Positions 28,183 to 42,090 of a DNA stretch of 64,000 bases are shown piece by piece; the first letter of the stretch is position 1; each line of letters begins with the position of its first letter. The stretch lies in the NCBI RefSeq assembly GCF_009914755.1, contig NC_060926.1; one strand, written 5' to 3'. The notes beneath the pieces are model-generated. The model was given only the letters and a program-made list of their open reading frames with translations. It was not told where the DNA came from and searched no databases. The position numbers and the translations under genes are program-made. The DNA comes from the human T2T-CHM13v2.0 reference genome, Homo sapiens.

Positions 28183-28306
28183 CTTTCCTTCCCTTCTTTC
28201 TTTCTTCTTTCAATGGATGGAGTCTTTCTAATAAGAATAGTCCTATTAGACAGACTATAAATAATGATATTCATAGATTTATTTGGTTATGACCTTGGCT
28301 TTGAAT
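28183..28306 (+). repeat. Copy 1 of a 124-bp dispersed direct repeat, preceded by (CCCTG)n/(CCCT)n
   Basis: Gapless hand alignment to 30177-30300, 111/124 identical. Confidence 0.92.
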
Positions 28307-28494
28307 CTACTTCAGTGTTGGGCTTTATCTGCCAAAACTAAGAAGAGAACTGAGATAAGAAAATTCAAGTTAAATTGTGGTAATTCACAGATGTTGTGTG
28401 AAGAAGCAGACTTCTCATTTTTCAGGCATGGTTCTCCTGTCTGAGACTTGGATTTGGGTGTGACAGACAAGAATGTAATTTTAAAGTATTAAGA

Positions 28495-28965
28495 TAGCAG
28501 TACAATTCGCAGTTGCAAAAATGTGGAACCAACCCAAATGCCCATGAATCAACAAGTGGATAGAGAAACTGTGATATATATATATATATGATGGACTACT
28601 GCTCTGCCATAAAAAAGGAATGAATTAATAACATTTGCAGCAACCTGGATGAGATTGGAGACTATTATTCTAAGTGAAGTAACTAAGGAATGGAAAACCA
28701 AACATCGTATGTTCTCACTTAAGTGGGAGCTAAGCTATGAGGATGCAAAGGCATAAGAATGACACAACAATGGACTTTGGGGACTCAGGGGGAAAGTGTG
28801 GGAAGGCGGGGTGTGGGATAAAAGACTACAAATAGGGTTCAGTGTATACTGCTTGGGTGATGAGTGCACCAAAATCTCACAAATCACCACTAAAGAACTT
28901 ACTCATGTAACCAAACACCACCTGTTCCCCAATAACCTATGGAAATTAAAAATTAAGAAAAAAAA
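28495..28965 (+). mobile_element. L1PB1-type 3' end
   Basis: GAGCTAAGCTATGAGGATGCAAAGGCATAAGAATG...CACCACTAAAGAACTTACTCATGTAACC; TSD TAAAGTATTAAGA (28482-28494)/TAAAGTACTAAGA (28966-28978). Confidence 0.93.
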
Positions 28966-29634
28966 TAAAGTACTAAGAGTGTAGTTATAGAATGTTAAAA
29001 GGTATCGTAGATGCCACCAGGCCGGTTTTAAACAGAAAGACACTGAGAAACATACCACAATCTGTGCTGATAGTTTGCCTATTGACTCTCAGCCCCAAGA
29101 CCACAATTGTATACTCTGCTCTGTGGTGCTAGGTTTAGAGCTCCGCCAATCACATATTCCAGACTGTTTTTGCCAGATGACTTCCTACTGGGTTCTGCTA
29201 ATTTCTGTCATTGGAAGAAGACTGGAAGGTAGGAGCTTCCTTCCTATTTCTCGTTGGTCTTGTCAGTGAAAGTTTACTCTTCTCTTTGTCTTCTTTTAGC
29301 ATTGCCAGAACTAGCTTCATCTTACCCGCTCAGGGATATTGTTGGGAGCCAGGTGTTCATTCTTTCTTAGGTATCTGAGCCCCAGCTCAATGGGGCGGGT
29401 CCTCTGAGATTCTGAGATTCTATCAGCAGCTGGGAAGTACAGTACTATCTCCTCAGAGGGCTAAGCCCTAGGTTAGCGGATATCCCTCTTTTGAGCTTCT
29501 AGGTTTTGATAATCCCAACCACTTCTCTTTTATTTACCTAGTCCTAAGGGTTGTAGATTCTTATCTCTGGGTTATTTTAATGCCTTCCTTTTGTTCTTTC
29601 ATTTTTCTAACTCCTGTGAAAACAATTTCCTATA

Positions 29635-29995
29635 CAGTAGTCCTCCCTTATCCATGGTTTCGCTTTCTGTGGTTTCAGTTATCCATGGTCAGCTGTGGTC
29701 TGAAAATATTAAATGGAAATTCCAGAAATAAACAACTCACACATTTTAAAGTGTGCACCATTCTCAATAGTGTGATGAAATGTGTGCTATCCCTCTGGGT
29801 CCCACTCTGGACTGCCTGGGACGGGAATCATCCCTTTGTCCGGCATATCCACACTGGAGATGCTACCTTCCTGTTAGTCACTTAGCAGCTTTAGATTGAA
29901 AAAACATAGTATACATACGGTTCAGTCCTATTTGCTGTTTCACGTCTCCACTGGGGGTCTTGGAACACACGCCCATGGATAAGGGGAGATTACTG
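29635..29995 (+). mobile_element. MER44A (Tigger7-derived MITE)
   Basis: TIRs CAGTAGTCCTCCCTTATCCATGG / CCATGGATAAGGGGAGATTACTG with TA TSD. Confidence 0.92.
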
Positions 29996-30029
29996 TATTA
30001 AATCTTTTTAATTTAAATATTTGGTATTA

Positions 30030-30205
30030 TTCTTTCTTCCCTTCCCTTCCTTTCCCTTCCCTTCCTTTCCCTTCCCTTCCTTTCCCTTCCCTTCCTTTCC
30101 CTTCCTTTCCCTTCCCTTCCCTTCCCTTCTCTTTCCTTCCCTTCTCTTTCCTTCCCTTCCTCTCTTCTCTCTTCCTCTTTCCTTCCCTTCTTTCTTTCTT
30201 CTTTC
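30030..30205. repeat. Pure polypyrimidine (TTCCC)n-type tract, 176 nt
   Basis: Only C and T on the + strand; source of the KEGKG and PFPSF ORFs. Confidence 0.97.
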
Positions 30206-30300
30206 AATGGATAGAATTTTTCTAATAAGAATAGTCCTATTGGACAGATGATACATGATGATATTTGCGGATTGATTTGGTTATGACCTTGGCTTTGAAT
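30177..30300 (+). repeat. Copy 2 of the 124-bp dispersed direct repeat
   Basis: See 28183-28306. Confidence 0.92.
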
Positions 30301-31590
30301 GCAACCCTGGGCTCCTTTCCAAAGGAAAAGTGGGATACTCTTAGTCCATGGTATGCAGTGGCATAATAATTAAATTCACTTAGGATAAAGTTTCTGTTAA
30401 ATTTCCTGATAAAGTAAGTTTCTTGGGGCACCAAATGACTACTGCATCTGACTCTTATGTAGAGTTAATGGCTACAAGGACTGTGGCATGAGATGGCTTT
30501 TATTTTTGGCTGTACTGGAGGAATAGCAAAAAGAAAATAACAAGTTTGGGGTTTTAAATTCTCAGCTTAAGTGTCAGTCAGAAAGCCAGAGAACTTCTAT
30601 GGTTACCCTATAAAAGACCATTATATTTCCTGTAGCTGTGGAACAAATATCACTGAAAGCCAAACTCCAAATCTGTGTGGATTGCAGAATTATAATCTAA
30701 ACTGAAATCACAGACTCACCAAATTGTTATGTGTAAGTTAGAGAACTGATTGGGAAGAAGTGGGACCTTGATATTTGAAATGAGGGCATTCTGAATGGAC
30801 TCAGAAAAATCCAAAAATTTAGAACTTTGCAAGCATCCCTAAACTTTCCTTGTTAGTAGAACAAGCTCCTTCTTCCATATCTGAGGTTAATCTCTTCCTT
30901 GGTTGAAAACTCTTAATTTCATCTTATGCTGTTGTCTTGTGAGAGTGTTTTATTCTCCTACCTCCATCAAGACCCATTCTTCATTGCCTCAAGGCTTGTA
31001 TGTCAAGTCAGATATCCTCAGGTACAGGAAAGAAATAGTATAGACTCCCAGAGAATTGCATGGTTTACTTAACAGCAAACATCTGAGTAGTATGGAGTAT
31101 TGTGAGAATAAATTGTAAGTGTATTAGACCAAGGAGAATAGAATATAATATGAGGTCAGCCTGAATTTATTGATATGGGTGCACTTACCAGAGATTCTGG
31201 ATTTAATGTGTCAGCATAACTAGCTGGAGGTTGTCCTGACAGTGTGGTTAGTTGACTGAAACTTGGGCTAAATGATGGCCTACATTCCGAGGCTGAGATG
31301 TCACAACTTCTGTGGCATAATGTAGAGTATGAGTCAACAAATTATGGTCCATGGGTCAAGTCTGTGAGCTAGGAACAGTTTTCATAATTTAAAGAAGAAA
31401 GAGGAGAGAAGGAGGAGGAGGAAGAGAAGGAGAAAGGAGACAGAAAGCCTATATGGTCCACAAAGCCTAAAATATATAGTCTTTGGACATTTACAGAAAA
31501 AGTTTGAGGACCTTTGGTATAGAGAAAGAAATCCAAAGGTTTGGGGGTGGGTATAAATAATGGAATAGATTTATCCTGTGCAAACTCTCC
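30300..31590 (+). pseudogene. Decayed ERV-L internal region (gag), with many stops
   Basis: Hand translation YV*VRELIGKKWDLDI*NEGI (about 30728-30790) and VLDQGE*NII*GQPEFIDMGALTRDSGFNV (about 31120-31210) resembles ERV-L Gag. Confidence 0.8.
31328..31516. mobile_element. MER58-type hAT MITE inserted in the ERV-L gag
   Basis: ATGGTCCACAAAGCCTAAAATAT...TTTACAGAAAAAGTTTG; degenerate 8-bp TSD ATGTAGAG/GTATAGAG. Confidence 0.8.
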
Positions 31591-32859
31591 TTTTCTCTAT
31601 GTCTTCCAAGTGTGTTTACAGCCATGGCTCAGGCTCATGTGTGCTCAGGCCGAGCATCACTGGGGAGAAGGTGTCTCTTCTCCTGCCTCACTGTTTGCAC
31701 TGAAGGGAGAATAATGACATTCAGAGAGTCCTCCTTGTCTTATCTCTGTTCCCCTCTGGTACCCCTTGGGAGATGGGGGACATGGAATGTTAAAAAACAA
31801 AACAAAACAATGAGGCTTTGAGTAAGAACAGATTATCTGTTGGTTTTTTTCTTTCTTTAATTAAGGTGGTTTCCTGAGAAGCTAAGGGAAGAGAAGACTT
31901 AGACATTACTAGAACCCATTCCTCAAGACACTGTATTCAGACAGAGGTAAAGTACCTGTGCATAACTCCACATACCTCCTTAATCGATACTGTGGCTGAT
32001 AAGGTGATTGCTGATTAGGTGTTTAGCTTTCATAGTGACCACAAATTCTTTTTTGGGGAGAAATTCTTTTCTTTTTCCAGCTTACCTTTTCCAACTCACA
32101 TGCTTTTAAAAGCAATGTTTGCAGTTTCTGCCACTCCAATGTCAACGAGAATTTATTTTAAAATGTGTATGAACTGGCAGCTTCTCAGAAAAAAAAAGCA
32201 TTGTTTTGGGAATGAAGTCATCTGTTTGGAGAGCAAAGCCTCAAGTATCATGCAAGGGGCGGGAACCCAGTGCCCTCTGCCTGCTCAACCCTTTGGCACA
32301 CACAGCCATTGTCAAAACCTGTTTCCAGAGCAACTGAATTCTCTGTTGAAATTACTTGGCAGTTGACAAGCTCCTCTCCCTAAGGGTCTGGAGTAACTCC
32401 TTTCAAGGGTCTTATTTTAATGTAGCTTGTCCCTGATGGAGACCAAGATCATTGCCAGCTGAAGAATTTACCAGTACTCTCAAGTTGGCTCACCTGATAC
32501 ATTTTTATAGTAGAGATCAAGGTGTGTGTTTGGGATTTGGACTCTAATTGATGTCTTCATCGTCTTAGAAACACGTATGTCCTAAAGTCAAAACAATAGC
32601 TGGCTTTTTGGGTTATCTGCAGGATAATATTGTATCTGGGTACACAATGTTGGCAGTCTTTGAGAGGTATTGCTCCCATGCATTCTTCCAAACTGTGTAT
32701 GGAGTAAATAGCCATTCAGTATTACAGACTCTGTTTTCTGACCATGGCACAGCGGGGTCTGGGGAAAGGAGAAGACTGGGCCTTCCTTTGACTTTGTAAG
32801 TCTTTGCTTTAAAAAAATCATTTAAAAAAACGCAATCAAAGCTTAATTTAAAAACGGAT

Positions 32860-32990
32860 GTCCAGGATGAATTGCTAGGTCAAAACTAACAAAAGTGGAA
32901 TTTAATATAAGTGTAAAAATCCTGTGATTAAGTTAAAAAATCAGCTTCCTAAATAACTACCAGGTGGGGAAGCTCTTGATTTTACAGTCA
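32860..32990 (+). mobile_element. L3/CR1 reverse-transcriptase relic
   Basis: AAACTAACAAAAGTGGAATTTAAT...GTGTAAAAATCCTG...AAAAAATCAGCT resembles the L3 consensus. Confidence 0.55.
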
Positions 32991-35099
32991 CAGTGAATCT
33001 TTTTCTATTAAGGGAGGCCAACTTGCATGACTTCTTCAACCAGCCCCCCCGGAAAAACCTCTCCTGGGCCATGTGCAAACAAAGAATAATTTAAATCTCA
33101 TTAGAGAAAAAAAAGATTAAACAGAACTCTTCATTGTTGAATGGTATCCATTAATTAAGGGCAAAAGAGTAAAAGCATTTTAACTATACAGCTGAACTAA
33201 CAGAATTTGATATTTAGGCTATTAAACCTAAAATCCAGGTCAATCATTGAAAATAAAATTGGACACATATAGAAAGTAAAAACATAACTGAGAAAATACA
33301 AATGGATACACAGAGAAAAGGAGAAGGCATTGGGGTCCCATGCACAATCTTCCTGAGCTAAGTATGTCGGGGAAACGTAGGTCTCTTGATTAAATCCAGG
33401 TTGGTTTTGGCATTTCTGGGGGACCAAAGAGGGAAATGGGTTCCATTAAGTTACTTGATGGTGGCTGCAGCCAATCAAAAGTAAGGCCCATTAGAAAGGC
33501 CCTGCATAGCTCATGTAGGACAGGCCTTTCACATGCCATGGTGCATTACACTTTCAAGGCACCTTCACTTTCATAATCTCTTTTGCTCCTCCTGTCTTAC
33601 AGATGTGATCATTGAAGGACTGAGAGCAGAAATATCTTTAAATTCCCAGAGCCAGTTAGCAGCAGGGCTAGGTCTGGTCCCCTTGGCCCCTGCTTTTTTG
33701 TATTGATTACCTCTCTTAGAAGATTGCATCTTACAAAAGGTCATTACCTTATCTAGAAAATGTTAACCTTAATTCCTACCTTGAATTAAAATTGGTTGGG
33801 GAGTTGGGGTGGGGAGTGAGGATTAGACTTAAACACCTGCCTCCCAAGCTCTCTTCCCTGGGATAGTCTGAGCCACTTCTTGTCTTCTGGGTCCCAGTTT
33901 CTTATGTCCTTTCAGTGGGGTCTACAGATGGACTGGGAGTTGGCAAAATCAGCTGGTGCTTTGGGATTGATGATGCTTGGTTGCCTCTTCTTGAGCCAGT
34001 AGAGCCTGGGATACCTTTTATATGATGCAATGGGATTCACAGAAGCTACACTCAGTGCAAATGCCTTTGTCTTTTCAGAGAGCAGAAATTCTGGTGGGTA
34101 CTCAGTTGGAGATTATCTCTGCTGTTTTATCTCCTTCCTGTTCTTTCCTCTTACATTGTCCCCCTTTTCCCATCAATGTTCACATTTCTGGCTTATCTAG
34201 AATATTATGTCTTTGCATATGTGGAACATTGGCTCAATAATGAGCACCCGTGCTTTTCAGATGGGTTTGGGGATTGTCAGCCACATAACCTCATCGCTGG
34301 TCTTATATAGATTCCCATGATATCATCTCTGGGTCCTGTGGGGGTAAATCTCAACTTATCAAACCAGTCTTGCTGGGTCATAGGCTCATTTACTTCTTTA
34401 CTCACTTCAACGCCCTTCTTTTGCTCTCATCTCTCCCCACTTTGGCCATATGTCATTCCATATCTCTGTGTTTCAGAAACTTAATTGCAAACTGAAATTG
34501 CATGGATTGGGTTTACTCAGTTTTATTATTACAATACTAAAAAATATTTATTAAGTGCTTAATTGTGCATGGTGATATATAAAAGGGGCTGACTTGATGA
34601 TGTGCAAATAATAATAATCTCTTATATTTTATTACAGCTAATGCTATTATGTCCATTATCTCCTTTAGTGCACCAATTCCAGCTATTTGTGCCTTATACA
34701 TTTGTCTAAGGAGGTGTGGGATACTCTTGGCACACTCGGAATACTGCTTGCCAGTAAGTCTGATCCCTAAGTCTTACGGCCAAAGGGGCTGTGCAAAGGA
34801 CCTTGGGATCAATTTTAAGGCTTTTAACATTTCTCTGCCTCTGATTATTAGTTCAAACATGCATCATAGGGAATCAGATTGGAGGGAAGGGGCAATAGAC
34901 ATCCCCCCACAGTTTAGGACCATGAGAAGTTGAATTGGAGGCAGGGGAAAAAGTGTGGCCTTATTAAAGGTGTTGTTTAATATTCCAAGTTTGGGATCAG
35001 TGTCAAGTAGCCTCCAGTTAGACTCTTGCTGAACTCAAAAAGGGTTTCACTCACTAAAACTCTTTAGTGAGGTATTAATAAGTATGACACCACAAAAGG

Positions 35100-35297
35100 G
35101 ATCCATGTCCAGAGAATTTAGAAAATGAGCCTTTCTCAACACACATTAGCATATTGACGGCTTGGAGAAATCCTTCAGCAAAGGAAACATTTTAAACCTG
35201 CCTTAACTCAGAGTTTCCTAAAAGTTTTGGATCATGGAACCATTTGGAGGAGGAGCACCTGTGAACATCTGTGTATCCCAAGTTCTGGGAAGTGCTG
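35100..35297. mobile_element. hAT-Charlie relic (MER103C-like), opposite orientation to the 8265-8510 copy
   Basis: CACATTAGCATATTGACGGCTTGGAGAAATCC...GAAACATTTTAA...TTCTGGGAAGTGCTG. Confidence 0.55.
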
Positions 35298-37749
35298 AAT
35301 TTGACTAAGTTTTGTAAGGGAGGAGATGTAATAACGAAAGAAACACACAGCCTTAGGGGTGGTTAAGGAGGAAATGAAGCAGTCAGGAGAAGGCAGAGGG
35401 ACCCAACTGCAGGTGGTGGCTGAGGCCCTGCCCAGTGTTTTTGCCATGGGGAGGCATCTACTGTTCTGAGGTCTCCAGCCCTCGCTGTCTCACTGTGCAT
35501 TGCCTTTTGGGAAGCATGGATTATTCTTTCTCCTGTCAAAACACACCTTCCATTTAGAAAGAAAGTCAGAAGTTTCTCGGATTGGGTCCTGGTAGATTCT
35601 GAATCTAGGATGAATGGCTTCAAACTTGAACTCCTGATTTTTTAGCTGCGCGTGTGACCAGAAAGCAAGGTGTTTGCTAGAACTTACATTGCTGACCCTT
35701 CACCTACTTTTAGAAACCCTTTTCACTTTTGCATGTTTTTCCCTGGAGGTTCGCTATCAGGCTGCTGCAAACTCATCAGATGACAGGTACCCAGAGCTGC
35801 TATTTCTGGAAGCTCTTGGCCATGTAAAAATACCAAAAATATTTTTTCCTTGTTAAAGTATAAGAACTAGTCTTAGTGAGATTTAAATCATATGTTGATT
35901 TTGCTTGGAAAACCCCCAATCTTTGGTCTGTGTTTTAGGATGGACTTTGAGGTTCAATTCCAGGGCTTTAGAATATGTTCTTTAGCAAATAACTTGATGT
36001 GTTTGAATGGTGCTTCTAAATTTCTGAAACAGCACTAAAGGATGTTATTTTTTGGTGTGGCTGGGAATAAAAATACCCTGTTAAACTTTTGAACCATACA
36101 TCCCTCTGCCTCAATAGCTGGGCAGATGTGGAGAGAAACTACTGCTTTTTTTTTTTTTTTAACATTTGGAAGGCGGTATGTACCAAGTAAAGTTCCCTCC
36201 CAACATAGTTTTGCTTTATTTGAAGAAGTTTATTAGACAAGATTAGTCTTCAGGCAATAATAGAGATTCTTCAGGAACCAAATATTTACATTTTGAACTA
36301 GCTGTAGAAATGTTTAGTGATTCTTGTGAATTTAGCTTAGACACTGCTACCTATTGTATTGAATTCATGCTTTCCTCTTGGGAACGAAGTTTGAGGTAAT
36401 CTATGAAATGTATACATAATTAAGGTAATGGAAGATATTTTGAAACTTAAAAATTATGGAATGATTTTTCCATTGACCAAGGTTTAGGAATGGTGTAGAA
36501 GAAATCTGAGGCTGGCTTTAAACTTCAGAATGCATTTTTGAGGAAAGAAGGACTCTTTGTTTTTTAAATATGTTTTAATCGAGTCATCTCTGGGACTCTG
36601 TTTGGAGGTTAGGTCTTCCAGGAAGGGGGATGAAACATTTTGTAGCTAAGGTCTATTCTGATTATCTTTGATTTGAATTCATTGCTTTTAATTTGTCTTT
36701 CCCCCCCATTATTTTTACATGGGTAAATGGAGAGTATTCTGGCTGTCAGTGCTTTGACATTTTTATTAGATAAATTTAAAAGGCATTTATTCAGGCCAAT
36801 TCTGTATTCTCCAAAGCTTCAAATGAAAGAGTGCAATATCCCAGTCATGAAACACCTCAAGAAGGACTTACGTTTATCTTCTAAAATGAGGTTTCACTTG
36901 GTATATGTTTGGCTGACATATTGCAGTTCTAAAACTTGAGCAGACAAGCATTTTGAAGAGATTATTTCACCAATTGAAAAGTGATTATGTAACATCTGTG
37001 AACTCAGTGTGCATTTCAGGAAAAATGCTGTTGGCTTTGTCTTCATCCTCAAGTCATACATTAAGCCTTGAAACTCAGAAGTGTCCTCTGAGCTGTCATT
37101 AGTGACTCTTCAACTGTCCCTTCTCTTTTTTGTGTTTCAGCATAATGATTGCATATGAATGAAATTAGAATTTCATGTAGTATAGGTTTCAGTGAAAAAC
37201 AATCCAATAACAGTATTCTAATCTCTCTCTTTTTGTTCAAGGACTAGTTTCTTTTGTTGTGTTCCTTCAAATCCAGAATTCTCAAATCTCCAGTACAAAT
37301 GGCTATTATGCCTATAAAAAAGCAAGCTGATCTCAGATTCATGCAGACAATAGGCTTACTCTGGACAATTTTGTAAATGGTCTCATATTGTGTTATTTCC
37401 ATGTGATGATTTCCTGATATAGTGGTAATTTGGTGGGATTTCAGGGTTTTTAGACCGCTGTTTCACTCTAAGTCATTAAAACAACAAACAGGTTATGCTG
37501 GAGATAATTGGAAGATATTCCTAGTTAGCTTTTGGGGTGATGAAATGTTAAGGAGAAGTGTATTTCTGGTCCTCCTTTTTGTTGAAGGGATGAATGGATG
37601 GATGATAAACCAATCGAAAGACTCCCTGTCTACCAGAGCCAAGCTGTAGAGAATCTTACTTAATAAATCTGCTGATAATAAATTTGTATATACCAGTACT
37701 GCTAATTGGTCATGTACCATATATTTCTGTGCCTCAGATGTCCTTGCAC

Positions 37750-37960
37750 TATTCCTGCTGCCTCATCTTAATCCAGACCCTCATTGTCTTATACCAAAGA
37801 TAACTATAACAACTTTCTTGCTAGTCTCTGGCCTCCAACCTCTGGCTTCTTCCAGTTCACAGTGGGTCTAGCACTAGCTGAAAAATCTCCCCAAATGTCC
37901 TGTTACCTTTTGCAAGGACCTGCAATGGCTCCCCATTGTCGGCCTTATCATGTCGAAACG
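37750..37960 (+). mobile_element. L2 fragment
   Basis: TCCAGACCCTCATTGTCT...CTAGTCTCTGGCCTCCA...CAATGGCTCCCCATTG. Confidence 0.6.
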
Positions 37961-38026
37961 TCTTATTCTATGTAGTGATGTGAGCATACTTGTTCTCCTT
38001 CAGCCCAACTGAGTGTGGCCCTGCAC

Positions 38027-38335
38027 TTATTTATTTATTTATTTCTATTTATTTATGTTTTGAGATAGGGTCTTTCTCCTTCTCCCCAGCTTGAGTGCAT
38101 TGGTGCTATCTTGGCTCACTGCAACCTCTGCCTCCTGAGTTCAAGTGATTCTTGTACCTCAGCCTCCTGAGTAGCTGGGACTACAGGCACCTAGTTGACT
38201 AATTTTCATATTTTTAGTAGAGACGGGGTTTCGCCATGTTGGGCAGCTTGGTCTCGAACTCCAGGTCTCGAGTGATTTGCCTGCCTCAGCCTCCCAAAGT
38301 GCTGGGATTACAGGAATGCGCCACTGTGCCTGGCC
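38027..38335 (-). mobile_element. Alu (Jb/Sx-like) with (TTTA)n tail and a small internal deletion
   Basis: Reverse dimer; ACAGGCACC joined directly to TAGTTGACTAATTTT. Confidence 0.93.
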
Positions 38336-38621
38336 CAGCCCTGAAATTTTATTTACACTCTTTTTTTTTTTTTTGATCAAGGTTTATCCATCAAACAATT
38401 TGACAATATGTAGTGGGTCTTAAAATTTCTCCTATTCCTGGGGAAATAGTTCTTAATATAGAAACAAGTTCAGTGTATAAAGGTGGTCATTGCAGTTATT
38501 TATATAATTAAAAGTCACAAACAACCTAAATATTCAGCCAAGGAGAGTTAAGTGTGGCATAGCTTATAAAACTTAGACATTAAAAATGATGTGTACAATA
38601 AGTTTGTTAGCATAGGAAGTA

Positions 38622-40121
<1,500 letters not shown>

Positions 40122-40171
40122 TATTTATGTTTCAAGAAGAGAGGAAAAATACTAAACTCTATATACAGTAT

Positions 40172-41728
40172 TGAAGGTAGCAGTGGCCTGCCTGGAGCAG
40201 CTGTTGCCAAGATGCTGACTGCAGCGGGGGAGGCACAGCTGGGCTGCATGCATCACAGAGCTGGCGGGAACCAGGAGCAGGCAGGAGTCCTGTCCTCCTG
40301 GATGCAGGTGCAGCCTCCCTTGCTGCAGCTGTGACCTGGGCATCTCTGTACTCCCTGCCCCTGTAGGCTTGGAGGTGTCTGCTCCCACTGCCTGGCTTCT
40401 CCCCATTCCTGGCACCCACTCCAATCTGGGAGAGAGGTTGGGGCTGAGCCCAGGTGCTGTCGCAGACTTGCTGGGTATGCGCATGCTTGGGGCAGCACTG
40501 ACACACCAGTCCCCTACCACCTTGGCCCCCTCAGGACTTTGGGTGTCCATAAGCATGGGAGGGAGGCCAAGGTGGGGCTGAGGGCAGCTTGGCACTGGCC
40601 TGTAGGCAACCCTTGGCAGAAACAGCCTGGGTGCCATGAATAGTCACAAGAGGCAGACAGACTCTTGGGTGGAAGGAGGTCCCTGGTGAAGCCCCACCTT
40701 CAAGCTGGGGAGGGCCTGAAGCCTGGGGCCCAGGCTGCTGGTCCTGCAGACTGGAGTGGGAACCTGTGGTGTTTTTTCTGGGCTCACCCATGGCTGCCCA
40801 TGGAGCAATCAGCACACACTTCCTTCCCTCTGAGGCCCATAACAACCCTTGGACTCAGCCAGACTCAAAGAGAGATGATTGGACGAACATCTGCAGAGAG
40901 CAGCTACCCACCCCAGGGTCTCCTCTTTGCTGAGAGCTGAAGAGAGATATGGGACGACCAGCTGTGGAGAGGAGCTACCCACTCCAGGGTCTCCTCTCTG
41001 CTGAGAGCTTAACACTTGTTGGGACACCCTGCCTGTGGAGAGGAGCTACCCAATGGAGGTCTGCTCTGAGCTGTTCTGTTGCTCAATAAATCTCCTCTTC
41101 ACCTTACTCACCCTCCACTTGTCCATGTACCTCATTCTTCCTGGACACAGGACAAGAAGCCCCACTGAATGGTGGGGCTGAAACAGCTATAACAAAGACA
41201 AGGCTGAAACATGCCCCTTGCTTGCCACGTTGCAGGTGACAAGAAGCAGAGAAGAGAGAAGGAGAGCAGAGCTGTGGTCTTTCAAGGGGCTCAGACATAG
41301 GAGCTCCCCAGGCCAGGGCTGTGACTCCCTCTTTCGGGCTCAGTGGTTCCTGATGTCTCCAAGCTTCCAGGTGCCACTGCATTCCTTGGTGCCAGCCATG
41401 GAAACTGCTTGCAGTACACCTGGTCCAGCTGCAGCCTCGCAGGGAGCTGGTGCCCGTGCCAGCCCCTGGAGCTGCCTGCCCCATTGTGGCAGGTATGCTG
41501 GCTGTGTGCAGTGGCTGGACTCCATGCTTGCTCACACACCCCTTGCTGCTCTGCACCTGGCTCACTCTTGGCAGGCATGGGATCGAGTCTGGTAGCGTGA
41601 GCTGAGCACAGCCTGTCAGGCTGAGTGGGTAGAAAGAGCCCAGTGGGCCAGAGAAAAATTCAGGCAAAGTCGCCACTGGCCACAGAGGTTTCCAGCTGGC
41701 AAAGTGACACCCCAAGAATCCTGTGACA
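40172..41728 (+). mobile_element. MER52-type (MER52A-like) ERV1 solo LTR, 1557 bp
   Basis: TG...CA termini, 4-bp TSD GTAT, GC-rich, internal GAGCTACCCA repeats, AATAAA at 41085; accounts for all ORFs in 40152-41715. Confidence 0.9.
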
Positions 41729-41829
41729 GTATTAGCTCAAACATTAAAAAAACAGAGAGAAAAGAACCCTAGAAATTCATATTCTAAAACAAAAGTTATC
41801 CATGGGTAGTAGGATTATGGGCTACTTTT

Positions 41830-41831
<2 letters not shown>

Positions 41832-41871
<40 letters not shown>
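41832..41871. repeat. Poly-T homopolymer (40 nt)
   Basis: Seen directly. Confidence 0.95.
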
Positions 41872-41875
<4 letters not shown>

Positions 41876-42090
41876 TTTTTAGTGTTGTTGATATTTTTTA
41901 TATGATCATGCCTTACTTTTGTAAACAGAAAAACTTTTCTTCTGATTTTTTCTATCTTTATTGCCCTTTCTGATAATAAAGATAATCTATACCCATTGTT
42001 AAAATTTTAGACTGTAGAAATGTATGAAAAACTTTAAAAAGTAAAAGTCATCCATAATTTCAATTTAAAAAGTCACCTAGTGATAGCCAC

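Larger units (their letters stand above)
29063..30254 (+). mobile_element. ERVL-class LTR (LTR33-like), interrupted by MER44A and a simple repeat
   Basis: CACATATTCCAGACTG...TTGCCAG...TTCCTACTGGGTTCTGCTAAT...GGAAGAAGACTGGAAGG; AACAATTTCCTA|TATTAAATC rejoins across MER44A; the 3' end is uncertain. Confidence 0.6.

Noticed and set aside
30008-30256. KEGKG and PFPSF repeat peptides
   Set aside because: Translation of the (TTCCC)n tract
40152-41715. Cluster of overlapping ORFs up to 203 aa
   Set aside because: All fall in a GC-rich MER52 LTR where stops are rare; no recognisable protein
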